Under the pieces are notes generated by a model. That model searched no databases. It saw only the letters and a list, made by a program, of their open reading frames with translations, and was not told the DNA's origin. From an uncultured Chloroflexia bacterium (lineage in GTDB: Bacteria > Chloroflexota > Limnocylindria > Limnocylindrales > CSP1-4), in assembly GCA_963734535.1 (NCBI GenBank), contig CAVTHS010000008.1, forward strand, positions 288,001-352,000: a stretch of 64,000 nt of DNA, read 5' to 3'. Made by a program: the position numbers and the translations under genes. Positions 19,867 to 29,057 of this stretch are shown here, in pieces; the stretch's first letter is position 1; each line of letters begins with the position of its first letter.

Positions 19867-20436
19867 TCAGGACGCGGCTTGGGCTCTACGGGCACCCACC
19901 CCCTTTCGAATCTCGAGGAGGATGAGCAGGGCGACGATCAGGCCGGCGGCGATGAGCGCCGCGCTGCGCAGCTCGGTCAGCCAGCCGACGTAGGGCACGA
20001 CGAAGACCAGCCGATAGCCGGTTGCTCCCTGCAACGTGACTCGCCATGGATCGGCGACGCTGTTCGCGTCACCCTTCGTCGTGATCACGTCGCCATCCCG
20101 CGACGCGATCCGGTGCAGCACCGATCGCGTCTCGTTCGGCGGGGTGAAGACGATGACGTCGCCGACGCGGAGCGAACCGATCGGCACGCCCTGCGTGATC
20201 GCGAGGTCGCCCGGCGACACGGTGGGCCGCATCGAGCCGGTCAGGACCGTCTGCACGTGGAAGTCGGCCATCCGAAAGGCGATCCCGCCGGCGAGGACGG
20301 CCACGCCCGCCACGAGGAGCAGCCGGTGAACAGCCGGGACCGACGACTCGTGCGCCCGACTTTCGTGGTGGACCTCCAGATTCCTGGGCGCGAGAAACGG
20401 TTCCCCGATTCGGTCTACCCTCGCGAGGTACTTCAC
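19867..20436 (-). CDS. sipW: Stand-alone SipW-type signal peptidase I (start uncertain)
   Basis: VLTGSMRPT, GDVIVF, VLHRI, TKGDANSVADP, VPYVGW plus C-terminal TM. Confidence 0.88.
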   Translation of the reverse strand: MKYLARVDRIGEPFLAPRNLEVHHESRAHESSVPAVHRLLLVAGVAVLAGGIAFRMADFHVQTVLTGSMRPTVSPGDLAITQGVPIGSLRVGDVIVFTPPNETRSVLHRIASRDGDVITTKGDANSVADPWRVTLQGATGYRLVFVVPYVGWLTELRSAALIAAGLIVALLILLEIRKGVGARRAQAAS

Positions 20437-20456
20437 CTTGGTTCACCGGCGACCAT

Positions 20457-20526
20457 GCCGCCATCCGTGCCAGCCCGGAGCCGGGTACGCGTTCGGCCGC
20501 CCCCAGGCGGGCGCGCGATGCGTACA
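20457..20526 (-). promoter_or_regulatory. Conserved upstream element, copy B
   Basis: Near-identical to 17235-17304 with the same spacing. Confidence 0.7.
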
Positions 20527-20582
20527 CGGCTAGGTACTCCCCCGGGCGCCGGCGACGGCCAGCGCGCAGTACGCTGCCGTGA

Positions 20583-21080
20583 GTGGAGCGTCTACGCCGT
20601 TATGCAGCCCCGAGCCGCGCTGCCGGGGACACGCGATCGGAGAATCCGGCGATCCGCGATGCGGCCCAGATCGTGGCGCGCGCGGCAGCTGACGAAGCCG
20701 CCGCGGACCGGGCGCGCGATGTCTACCTGACGCGAGCCATGACGCCGATCGTGCCCGACGATCGGATCGCACCGCTGCTGGGCCCGGGCGAGCACGTCCT
20801 GGCCGTGCGCCATTCGGTGGTCCTGGACCGACGCCGGCCGCCACCCCGGTCGGACGGGCAGGCGAGTCTCGCGGGCGACCTCTACGTGACCTCCCGGCGG
20901 CTCGTCCTGGTGGGCCGGGTGACCCTTGCGTTCGACCTCGACGAGGTCGAGGATGCCGTGGTCTCGGGAGAACGGGTTCTGCTGGTCATGGGTGATGGCA
21001 GAGGAGCCGCGCTCGACGCTGCCCACCCGCGCCAGCTCAGGGTCGAGATCGCGACGGCGCGCGCGTTCGCTCGGAGCTGA
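20583..21080 (+). CDS. Hypothetical protein, bacterial PH-like domain
   Basis: L.PGEHVL...GDLYVTSRRLVLVG pattern typical of bPH/GRAM folds. Confidence 0.55.
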   Translation: MERLRRYAAPSRAAGDTRSENPAIRDAAQIVARAAADEAAADRARDVYLTRAMTPIVPDDRIAPLLGPGEHVLAVRHSVVLDRRRPPPRSDGQASLAGDLYVTSRRLVLVGRVTLAFDLDEVEDAVVSGERVLLVMGDGRGAALDAAHPRQLRVEIATARAFARS

Positions 21081-21083
21081 GGC

Positions 21084-21644
21084 GTGGCCGACGACCTGTA
21101 CCGTGTGCTCCAGGTGGATGCATCGGCCGACTCCGCCGCGATCCGGGTCGCGTATCGCACCCTGGCAGCCGTCTACCATCCCGACCACGCGGGCCCCGGC
21201 GGCGAGGCGCGGATGCGCGAGCTCAACCACGCGTGGGAGGTGCTTCGCGACCCTGAGCGCCGCACCGGCTACGACGCGGAGCTGCGGGCGAACCGGCCTC
21301 CTCCGGCCCCGGCCGGGCCTGCGGCACCTCCCTGGTGGGGCATTGCCGGTCCGCCGCCTGGCCGCCCATCGGGGAGTGTCCTGGCCTTCGGCGTCTTCGC
21401 CGGCTGGTCGCTCGGCGAGATCGCGCGCACGGACCCCGGCTATCTCCAGTGGCTGGTGGACAATCACGGGGCACCGGGCGGTGATTCGGATGCTCCGAAA
21501 GCCGGTCCGTACGTCGCGGAGATCAACGCCATCCTCGGGCTGCTCGGTCGCCGGCGCGACAGTGCGCGGGACGAGATTGAGCGGCCACGTAGCCGGTTCG
21601 GCTTCCTCCGCTGGGGCGACCCTCCCCGCGTGGGTCGTGCATAG
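21084..21644 (+). CDS. J-domain protein with C-terminal FG..G..L.EI..DPGYL.W motif
   Basis: DLYRVLQV..IRVAYR.LA..YHPD..MRELNHAWEVLRDPERR..YD. Confidence 0.85.
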   Translation: MADDLYRVLQVDASADSAAIRVAYRTLAAVYHPDHAGPGGEARMRELNHAWEVLRDPERRTGYDAELRANRPPPAPAGPAAPPWWGIAGPPPGRPSGSVLAFGVFAGWSLGEIARTDPGYLQWLVDNHGAPGGDSDAPKAGPYVAEINAILGLLGRRRDSARDEIERPRSRFGFLRWGDPPRVGRA

Positions 21645-21750
21645 CCGACCGACAAGCGGCGAGCGCGAACGTCACGACGCCTCCGGCTCCGCACCTGGCG
21701 CCCGCGCCTGCTCAGGCGCCACCGGTCATCCGAACGAAAGGGATCGCACC

Positions 21751-22308
21751 ATGGACCTCGACGAGGCGATCAACGGCCGCCGCTCCGTGCGCGAGTACAC
21801 GTCAGAGGCGGTGGACGAGCAGACCGTTCGTCGGCTGATCGATGCCGCCGCGCACGCCCCGAGTGCGACCAACGCGCAGCCCTGGACGTTCACGGTGGTG
21901 CGCGATCAGGGCCTCCTCGACCGCGTGTCGGACGACGCCAAGACCCACCTTCTGGCTGACCCGAAAGGGAGGCTGTCCGACCGTCAGCGAACCCGGCTCG
22001 CCGATCCGGCGTACCACATCTTCCACCACGCTCCGATGCTCATCCTGATCTCGGGGACCGCGCCTGCTCCGTGGGTCGTGGAGAACTGTGCCCTGGCCGC
22101 CGAGAACCTCATGCTCGCGGCGCACGGTGACGGACTCGGCACCTGCTGGATCGGCTACGCACAGGGCTACCTGAACACGCCCGAGGGCAAGGACGCGCTG
22201 GGCCTCCCGGCCGAGTGGGTGCCGGTCGCACCGATCATCGTTGGTCATCCGAACGCTGTGCCAGCGCCCGTCGCGCGGAGGGAGCCCGAGGTCCGCTGGG
22301 TTGGCTGA
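21751..22308 (+). CDS. Nitroreductase family protein
   Basis: RRSVREY, APSATNAQPW, ENLMLAAH..GLGTCWIG. Confidence 0.9.
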   Translation: MDLDEAINGRRSVREYTSEAVDEQTVRRLIDAAAHAPSATNAQPWTFTVVRDQGLLDRVSDDAKTHLLADPKGRLSDRQRTRLADPAYHIFHHAPMLILISGTAPAPWVVENCALAAENLMLAAHGDGLGTCWIGYAQGYLNTPEGKDALGLPAEWVPVAPIIVGHPNAVPAPVARREPEVRWVG

Positions 22309-22356
22309 TCGCCGTCCGCCAGTCGTGCCCTGGCGCGCTGTCGAATCGAGCACTGG

Positions 22357-22701
22357 ATGTGGGACACCGGTGGCGACTCCAATGGCCCGGACGCAGAACT
22401 GGTGGCAGACCCGGCCGCGCGCGAAACGCTGATCGGCGTCGTTCGCGAGGGGGCGCGTCAGGGTTCAGTCGGGTACGTCGCGGACTGGATCGCGCAGAGC
22501 GAACCCTGGGGCTTCACCGTCGCCGACGTCTCCCAAGTGGTTCATGTCTGGTGGGGTAAGCGGGACGCGATCGTCAACCGGGCCGAGGCGGAGTACCTGG
22601 CACGGACCATGTGTCGAACCATGACGGGTCGCTCCTTCTGTCGGACAGAGGGTCGGTCTCGTCATTGGCCCGGAGCGGCGCCCAGGACGACCGTTTGTTG
22701 A
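22357..22701 (+). pseudogene. C-terminal fragment of an alpha/beta hydrolase
   Basis: PWGF...V.VWWG.RD.IV....AEYLA; no nucleophile region. Confidence 0.5.
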
Positions 22702-22946
22702 CGCCGCACCGGTGGAGGCTCCCGCCTCCGTGCCACCCCCGTGACGACGTGAGTGTGAGGGCCAGATCTGCGCCGGGGAAGTGGCTTGTCCACCGGTCGC
22801 CTCCATGCGGCCGAGAGACGCGTTGGCGTTCCGCGCCGGCGGCGGAACGCCGCGCTCATCCTCGCGGTCACATTCATCGCGATCTACGACGGGGCGTATG
22901 GTGGGTGGCCTCGGTACCAATCGGCACGGCAGCCACGGAGGTCATG

Positions 22947-23177
22947 ATGGAACCCGACAATCGTCCGTATGTCGCCCCCAACACGGAGCCTGGCGATGCC
23001 GGGACCGAGAAATGGGCCGACGCGTCGCACGGCACCGACGACTCGGTCGGACCCCAACCAGGGCCCGGACCGCTTGGGACCGTCAACGACCAGGGCGTTG
23101 TCGAGGGGTCGCCCGCGGATACGTTCATCAACGATCCGGAGGCGGTCAGTGCCCGCAACGACGAGGCCGACGCCTAG
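22947..23177 (+). CDS. Small acidic hypothetical protein
   Basis: GGAGG RBS then ATG; 76 aa, D/E/G/P-rich. Confidence 0.5.
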   Translation: MEPDNRPYVAPNTEPGDAGTEKWADASHGTDDSVGPQPGPGPLGTVNDQGVVEGSPADTFINDPEAVSARNDEADA

Positions 23178-23178
23178 T

Positions 23179-23406
23179 TCTACTTCCCAATCAGGTTGTT
23201 GACGGGCTGAGGGCCCCTATCCTCGGCTGTTGGTGTCGAAGCCACAGTCGAAGAAGGAGCCCTCGATGGCCCATCCTAATGCGCGGCTGACCCCGCACGG
23301 GCGCCGGTTGCTCGCCGCTCGCGTCCGGTCCGGCTGGACGATCACCAGGGCAGCCGAGGCCGCCGGCATCAGCCGCCAGAGCGGATCCAAGTACCCCAAT
23401 GCCTGA
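23179..23406 (+). mobile_element. IS481-family remnant: left end plus truncated transposase (23266-23406)
   Basis: MAHPNARLTPHGRRLL..GWTITRAAEAAGISRQ is the IS481 N-terminal signature; AAGGAG RBS; stop after 46 aa. Confidence 0.8.
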
Positions 23407-23499
23407 TCGGCACCCGGCCACCGCCTCTCGCGCCAGTGGCCGGGGCCGTTGCTACCATCCTGCTGGCCGCGCTGGGTCGCGATGGTGGAGGTGGTCGGG

Positions 23500-24369
23500 A
23501 TGATCAGCAACGACGTATCACCGCTCCCCGACACCGAGGTCCACTACCTCCGCTCGGAACACGTGGGTGACGAGTTCAAGATCTTCGTCGGGCACCCCCA
23601 CAGATCGGACACCACCCCTCCGAGCGTGCTCTTCATGGGCGACCCGTGGGGCGACTTCGGGACCGCCGTGGGGATCACCCGGCTCCTGCACTACGCGGGA
23701 GACCTCCCGCCGCTCCTCGTCGTCGCCGTGGGCTATCGAGCGGTGACCATCGAGGAGAACGAGGCCATCCGGGGCCGCGACTTCACTCCCTCGGTCGACC
23801 TGACCCAGACGTGGGGGGACCCAGCGATGATGGGCGGAGCGGCCCGGTTCCTCGCCTTCCTCCGCGATGAGCTGAAGCCGTGGGTGCGGGAGCGATACAG
23901 CGTCGATCCGGATGACTCCACCCTCTTCGGGTACTCGCTGGGTGGGTTGTTCGCGACGTACGTGCTGCTCAACGAGCCCGCCACGTTCCGGCGCTACGGC
24001 ATCGGGAGCCCGTCGCTCGACTGGGACCAGGGATTGATGTTCGAGCACGAGGCGGAGTACGCACGAACGCACAACGACCTCCCGGCGAAGGTGTTCTTCT
24101 CGGTCGGGGCGAACGAGAACACCGAAGGCCAGCGGCGCTGGAGAGCGCAGCTCCCAGCCGACCGGCGAGCCAAGGCCGAGGCGCAGGTGGAGGGTGAACC
24201 CCCGTACGACGCGGTGGCCGACGTCGAGCGGATGGTCGCATTGCTGCGCGGACGCGGTTACCCGAGCCTCGGCATCGAGCTTGAAGTCTGGCCGGGCGAG
24301 TACCACCAGACCGCGCCGCCGCTGGCCCTGTCACGATCCCTGCGATACGTGTTCGACGCGCCCCGCTGA
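23500..24369 (+). CDS. Alpha/beta hydrolase, IroE/BesA-like esterase
   Basis: RGRDFTP, GGAARFLAFLRDELKP, GYSLGG, GSPSL, GEYH. Confidence 0.85.
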   Translation: MISNDVSPLPDTEVHYLRSEHVGDEFKIFVGHPHRSDTTPPSVLFMGDPWGDFGTAVGITRLLHYAGDLPPLLVVAVGYRAVTIEENEAIRGRDFTPSVDLTQTWGDPAMMGGAARFLAFLRDELKPWVRERYSVDPDDSTLFGYSLGGLFATYVLLNEPATFRRYGIGSPSLDWDQGLMFEHEAEYARTHNDLPAKVFFSVGANENTEGQRRWRAQLPADRRAKAEAQVEGEPPYDAVADVERMVALLRGRGYPSLGIELEVWPGEYHQTAPPLALSRSLRYVFDAPR

Positions 24370-24529
24370 CGGGCGCTGGGTGCTGCCCGGGTGAGTTCGG
24401 CGTCCACTTGGTTCAACCGGGGGATCTCGTCGTTGACGACCTGGCTGAGCCCAGTGCATGAGCGGACACGCCTGGAGCCAGCGCCGCAGGCTTGACTGCC
24501 GCGTGACCGGTCGGAATCGACAGCGCCGC

Positions 24530-25189
24530 TCAGCCCGCCTCGGGGTACCGCCGCGCGGCCTCGGCCCGGTTCCGCGCGCCGAGCTTGTGGAGCACGCTGC
24601 TGACGTGGGCCTCCACCGTGCGGCCCGAGATCATGAGCGACTCGGCGATCTCGCGGTCGGTCAGGCCCGCCGAGAGGAGGCGGAGCACCTCCTCCTCGCG
24701 CGTCGTGAGCCCTGCCAGGGCCGGGTCGGGAGAGCTGGCGGTCCGGCCGGAGATCTCGACGAGCTGGCTGACGAGTCGCGCGGCCATGAGGCGCGGCATC
24801 GCAAGCTCGCCGTCGTAGGCGCTTCGCACCGCGCGGAGGAGCGCCTCCGGCGCCAGGTCCTTGGTGAGGTATCCGCGCGCTCCATTTCGCATGGCATCCA
24901 CGAGATGGTGGTCCGCCTTCGACGCCGTCAGCATCACGATCCGCGTCTCGGGGAGGCGCGGCGCCAGCTCGCGAACCAGCCCCACGCCATCCATGCCCGG
25001 CAGGTCGATATCGACGAGCAGCACATCGGGCCGAACCTGCATGGCGAGGTCCAGCGCCTCCTCGGCGGTGGCGACATCGGCAACCAGCTCCACGTCGGGC
25101 GCCGTGATCGCATGACGCACGGCCGCCCGAACCAGCGCGTGATCCTCGACGAGCATGACGCGCAGGTGTTTCGGTCGAGGATCCGTCAT
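24530..25189 (-). CDS. NarL/LuxR-family response regulator
   Basis: REC (VEDH, DIDLP, GYLTK) plus [22 protein letters not shown]. Confidence 0.93.
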   Translation of the reverse strand: MTDPRPKHLRVMLVEDHALVRAAVRHAITAPDVELVADVATAEEALDLAMQVRPDVLLVDIDLPGMDGVGLVRELAPRLPETRIVMLTASKADHHLVDAMRNGARGYLTKDLAPEALLRAVRSAYDGELAMPRLMAARLVSQLVEISGRTASSPDPALAGLTTREEEVLRLLSAGLTDREIAESLMISGRTVEAHVSSVLHKLGARNRAEAARRYPEAG

Positions 25190-26797
25190 CGAACGTCCGA
25201 CGCGATGCGCACCGGGGCAAGCCCGAGCGGCACGAAGAGGCTGACGCGGGTCCCGTCGAGGGGTCGTGAGTCGATGCGCAGCTCTCCACCGATCAGGGCG
25301 GCGCGCTCGCGCATGCTCGCCAGGCCGAACGCCGTCCGGCCGACGGTGTTCAGGTTGAATCCGCGTCCGTTGTCGCCCACGACCACGACGAGCCGGCCCG
25401 CCTCCACCCCGGCCCGGACGCGTATCACGGTCGCATCCGCGTGGCGCCGGACGTTATTGAGCGCCTCCTGCGCAATCCGGAGCGCCTCCGCCTGTGCGCG
25501 CGCCGTGAGCTGCGGAAGGTCCTGCTCGCATGTGAACTCGACGCGCAGGCCGAACCGATCCCCGAACTCGTAGACACAGCGCGACATCAGCTCGCTGAAC
25601 GACGAGCCGGTCGCTTCGGTGGGCTCCCGCAACGCGGCAATTGCCTGCTGTGCCTCCGCGATCGCCGTGTCGATGGTCTGGCCGAGCTCACCCGCCAGCG
25701 CACGTGCCTCGGTCCCAAGATCCGGAAGACCGGCGACGCGTCCCGTCGTCAGCTTCGCGAGCCAGAGGTCCTGGGCCAGCCCGTCGTGCAGCTCTCGCGA
25801 AAGACGGGCGCGCTCCTCCAGCCCTGCCCGCTGCACGTCGGCCTCGCCGAGCCGGGCCAGGTCCGCGTTGACCGATCGCAGGTGCGCAAGGATCGCCGCC
25901 GCCTGGGCCTGGATGCCGAGCAGGAGGATGACGTCGAAGGCGAGCCGCAGGAGGTCGCCGCTCGTGACCAGTCCCGTGTACGTGCCCGGAAAGATGGCCG
26001 TATGGACCTGGGCGAAGGCCGCGAAGACGAACCCGATGGCAAGGTATCGGTCGCCGACCAACCCGTCGCGGCGATGCAGCCGGCGCGACAGTCCTGCCGC
26101 CCAGAGGAACAGCGAGGCGGCCAGGACCTGGGCAACCGCACCGAGCGGCATCAACGCGGAGGGGTACGGGGCGGCCGCAGGAGTTCCCGGCGCCAGGGCG
26201 GGTAAGCCGATCGACGCCAGCGGGGGCAACCGGCCGGCACCCGCCTCGACGAGCCCGATCGCCAGCGCCATCGTGACGGCCGACCCGAACACGATGGCAG
26301 GCGCGTGATCGACGAGCCGCTCGCGGAGCGAGGCCAGGCCGCCCAGGACCAGCAGCGCCGCCGCGAAGACGCGGGCAAACGTGAAGACGTAGATAGGCGC
26401 CTGGCCGGGCGAAGCGAGTGCCATTCCCGCCTGGACGTCGAGGCCCGCCGTGGCGACGATGACGGTGAGGCCGTTGGCGATCGCCAGCACCAGGAACGCG
26501 GCAGCCTGGAACGCCGCGAACGGGTCCCCACGCTGGCGGAACCGCACCCATGCCAGCACCGCCACGGAGAGCGTCACGACCGTGGTGAGCGTGTCGAGCA
26601 CGAGGTCGAGCGACGGCGCGACGACGCGCTCGCGCAGCTCGGGAACGAGCGACGGATACGGCGGTGCCGAGCGCCAGGGCGATCACGGCGACCATCAGGA
26701 TGCCGTCGAGCGAGATCGAGCGCGGCAATATCGCTGCTCGGGAGGACGGGGCGCGGCTTCCTATCGGGGTGCTCCTGCCTGTTGCCCGCGTTGTCAC
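25186..26797 (-). CDS. Multi-TM sensor histidine kinase (HisKA_3); N-terminal frameshift near 26645
   Basis: [43 protein letters not shown]; several TM helices. Confidence 0.88.
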
Positions 26798-27300
26798 CCA
26801 GGTGCCCGCTCACGGGCGGGCGACTCGCGTCGGTCACGGACTCCGCCCAGGTCCGGAACACCCCGGAGTCGAGCGACTCGTCCGCTCCCGATGCGACGTC
26901 GGCCGAACGTACTCCCGTATGCGTCGTCGTGCATGTGACCTTCGGCCCCTTGTCGTTCGGTGGCTCGCGCTCGCGGTGTCGGGAGGCACCGGCCAGGCCC
27001 CTCGCCACACGGAAACAGGCACCGCCTGGCCGGGCGTTGTCGGCCAAACGTACCGGACCAGTCGCCGGCCCGATACAACATGTGTCCTCTTCTGTTCGAT
27101 CGCGCTGGGCGGTGTCTCGGGATCTGCCCCCGATCGCACACGGTCAGCGCCGCCCGTCGGCTTGGGGACCCGTCGGCCAGGGGGCTTGCGCTCGTGCAGT
27201 ACCGTTGCGCCGTGCCCTCGGCCGATCCACGGCCACCGCCGGCTCCGGCCGGCGGCCGTTCGCGCCGCCCCACCGGGCGGCCCAGCCGAGCCGCTGCCTG

Positions 27301-28878
27301 ATGCCCGACGCGAACCCGCCGCGCCGTCGACCACCCGCTGGCATGCCCCGGCCAGCGCCCCGACGGGCGGCCGCCCGGCCACGACGCCCCGCATCGGGTC
27401 GCGTGCTGATCAGCGCGCTCGCCTTCATGGCCGCGCTGGTCGGCGTGGCCGGAGCGATGCCGGCTGCCACGGCCGCAGCAACCGGTCCGGACCCGGGAAT
27501 TCGGGCGCGGGCGAGCCATCGGGTGGCGGTGTCCCACGAGGTCTACGGCTACCTGCCGTACTGGCGGGTCGACGCCGGAACGGTCAATCGCCTCGACTAC
27601 TCCACGCTGTCCACGATCGCGTTCTTCGCGGTCCCGATCCAGCGGAGCGGAGCGCTGGACACCCGTGCCCCCGGCTTCGATGCGTACGTCAGCCGGGATG
27701 CCGCTGCCGTGACCAACGCTGCCCACGCCCGCGGGATCCGCGTGGTCCCGACCTTCCAGCTGTTCGACAACGGGTCGCTCCCGACGCTTCGCGCCTTCCT
27801 CAAGGACCGGCGCGCGCAGGACCGCTTCGTCGCCGCCGCACTCGCGCTCATGGTTCGCCGCCGTGCAGACGGCGCGAACCTCGATTTCGAGCCCGTCCCG
27901 GACGCGCTGGCGCCCGCATTCGCGCAGTTCGTGGACCGCTTCGCGAACGCCGTCCACCGGCGCCTCCCTGGCGCGCAGGTGGTGGTTGCGCTCAGCGCCT
28001 CCCAGGGCGGCTCGGCCATCGCCGCGATCGGCCGGGCAGCCGACCGGCTCTTCATCATGGGCTACGACTACCACTGGCAAGGTTCGACGACACCGGGCCC
28101 GGTCGCGCCGCTGCAAAGCGGCACGATGACCGTTGCGGACACGGTCTCCCGGTACTCCCGCCACGTGCCGGTCGGGAAGCTGATCCTCGGCGTGCCTGCC
28201 TATGGCTACTCCTGGCCGATCGTCGAGCCGATCGCCAAACCCCGGGTCCGGACGAACCTCGCCCGCTGGGGCGGCGTTCGCGGCGTCACGTTCGAGACCG
28301 CCCTCGCCTTCCTGGCCGACCACTCGTCGATCGTGCGGCACACCACCCCGGACGGGTCGTGGTTCCGCTACTGGAACGCCGCCGAGCGGACCTGGCGCGA
28401 GGTGCACTTCGAGGACGACGCCTCGATGCGCGCGAAGTTCCGGCTCGCGATCGCCCGGGGCCTGGCCGGGGTCGGGTTGTGGACGCTCGACTCCGACGCG
28501 CAGGGGCTGCTGACGGGCTCGGTCCGATCGACCTTCGTGACGCCGGTCCGCCGGCTGGCGGTCGTCCCCTCCGTGGCACGCGTCCGGGCGCCGGGCGGGA
28601 GCGTGGCCGTGGACACCGTGGTCGTCCTGCGCAACACGGGTCGCATCCCGGAACGTGGGGTCCTGTCGTCCCGGATCGTCGATGGCGCCGGCCGAACCGT
28701 GCAGACGGTTCGACGTCTCATCAACGTCCCGGTCGGCGCCCGCGTCCGCATCGCGACCTCCACGCGGATCGGCGCGGCGTGGGCGCGAGCCGCGGGCACG
28801 TATCGGTTGCTCGTCAGCCTGGACACGCGCGGCCGCCGATGGTCCGTGCCCGCCGTCAGCTTCCGGCAGCCGTTCTGA
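27301..28878 (+). CDS. Secreted GH18 glycoside hydrolase with C-terminal Ig-like domain
   Basis: DGANLDFE, IMGYDY, LILGVPAYG, GLAGVGLW; signal-like hydrophobic segment. Confidence 0.88.
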   Translation: MPDANPPRRRPPAGMPRPAPRRAAARPRRPASGRVLISALAFMAALVGVAGAMPAATAAATGPDPGIRARASHRVAVSHEVYGYLPYWRVDAGTVNRLDYSTLSTIAFFAVPIQRSGALDTRAPGFDAYVSRDAAAVTNAAHARGIRVVPTFQLFDNGSLPTLRAFLKDRRAQDRFVAAALALMVRRRADGANLDFEPVPDALAPAFAQFVDRFANAVHRRLPGAQVVVALSASQGGSAIAAIGRAADRLFIMGYDYHWQGSTTPGPVAPLQSGTMTVADTVSRYSRHVPVGKLILGVPAYGYSWPIVEPIAKPRVRTNLARWGGVRGVTFETALAFLADHSSIVRHTTPDGSWFRYWNAAERTWREVHFEDDASMRAKFRLAIARGLAGVGLWTLDSDAQGLLTGSVRSTFVTPVRRLAVVPSVARVRAPGGSVAVDTVVVLRNTGRIPERGVLSSRIVDGAGRTVQTVRRLINVPVGARVRIATSTRIGAAWARAAGTYRLLVSLDTRGRRWSVPAVSFRQPF

Positions 28879-29057
28879 GGTCGACGCGGACTCAGGCGTG
28901 CGGCGCCGGGCGCATCGGGCCTATCGAGCCTTCGGATGGACCGTCCGTGCTGCGAGGTTCTGCCCGAAACACCCCTTCCCGTTGTCGCGCGCCGCCGGTT
29001 AGACTCTCGGCCTCCGCGGGTCTATGAAGGCGGCGGACGAGGGGGAGGACGATTCGG

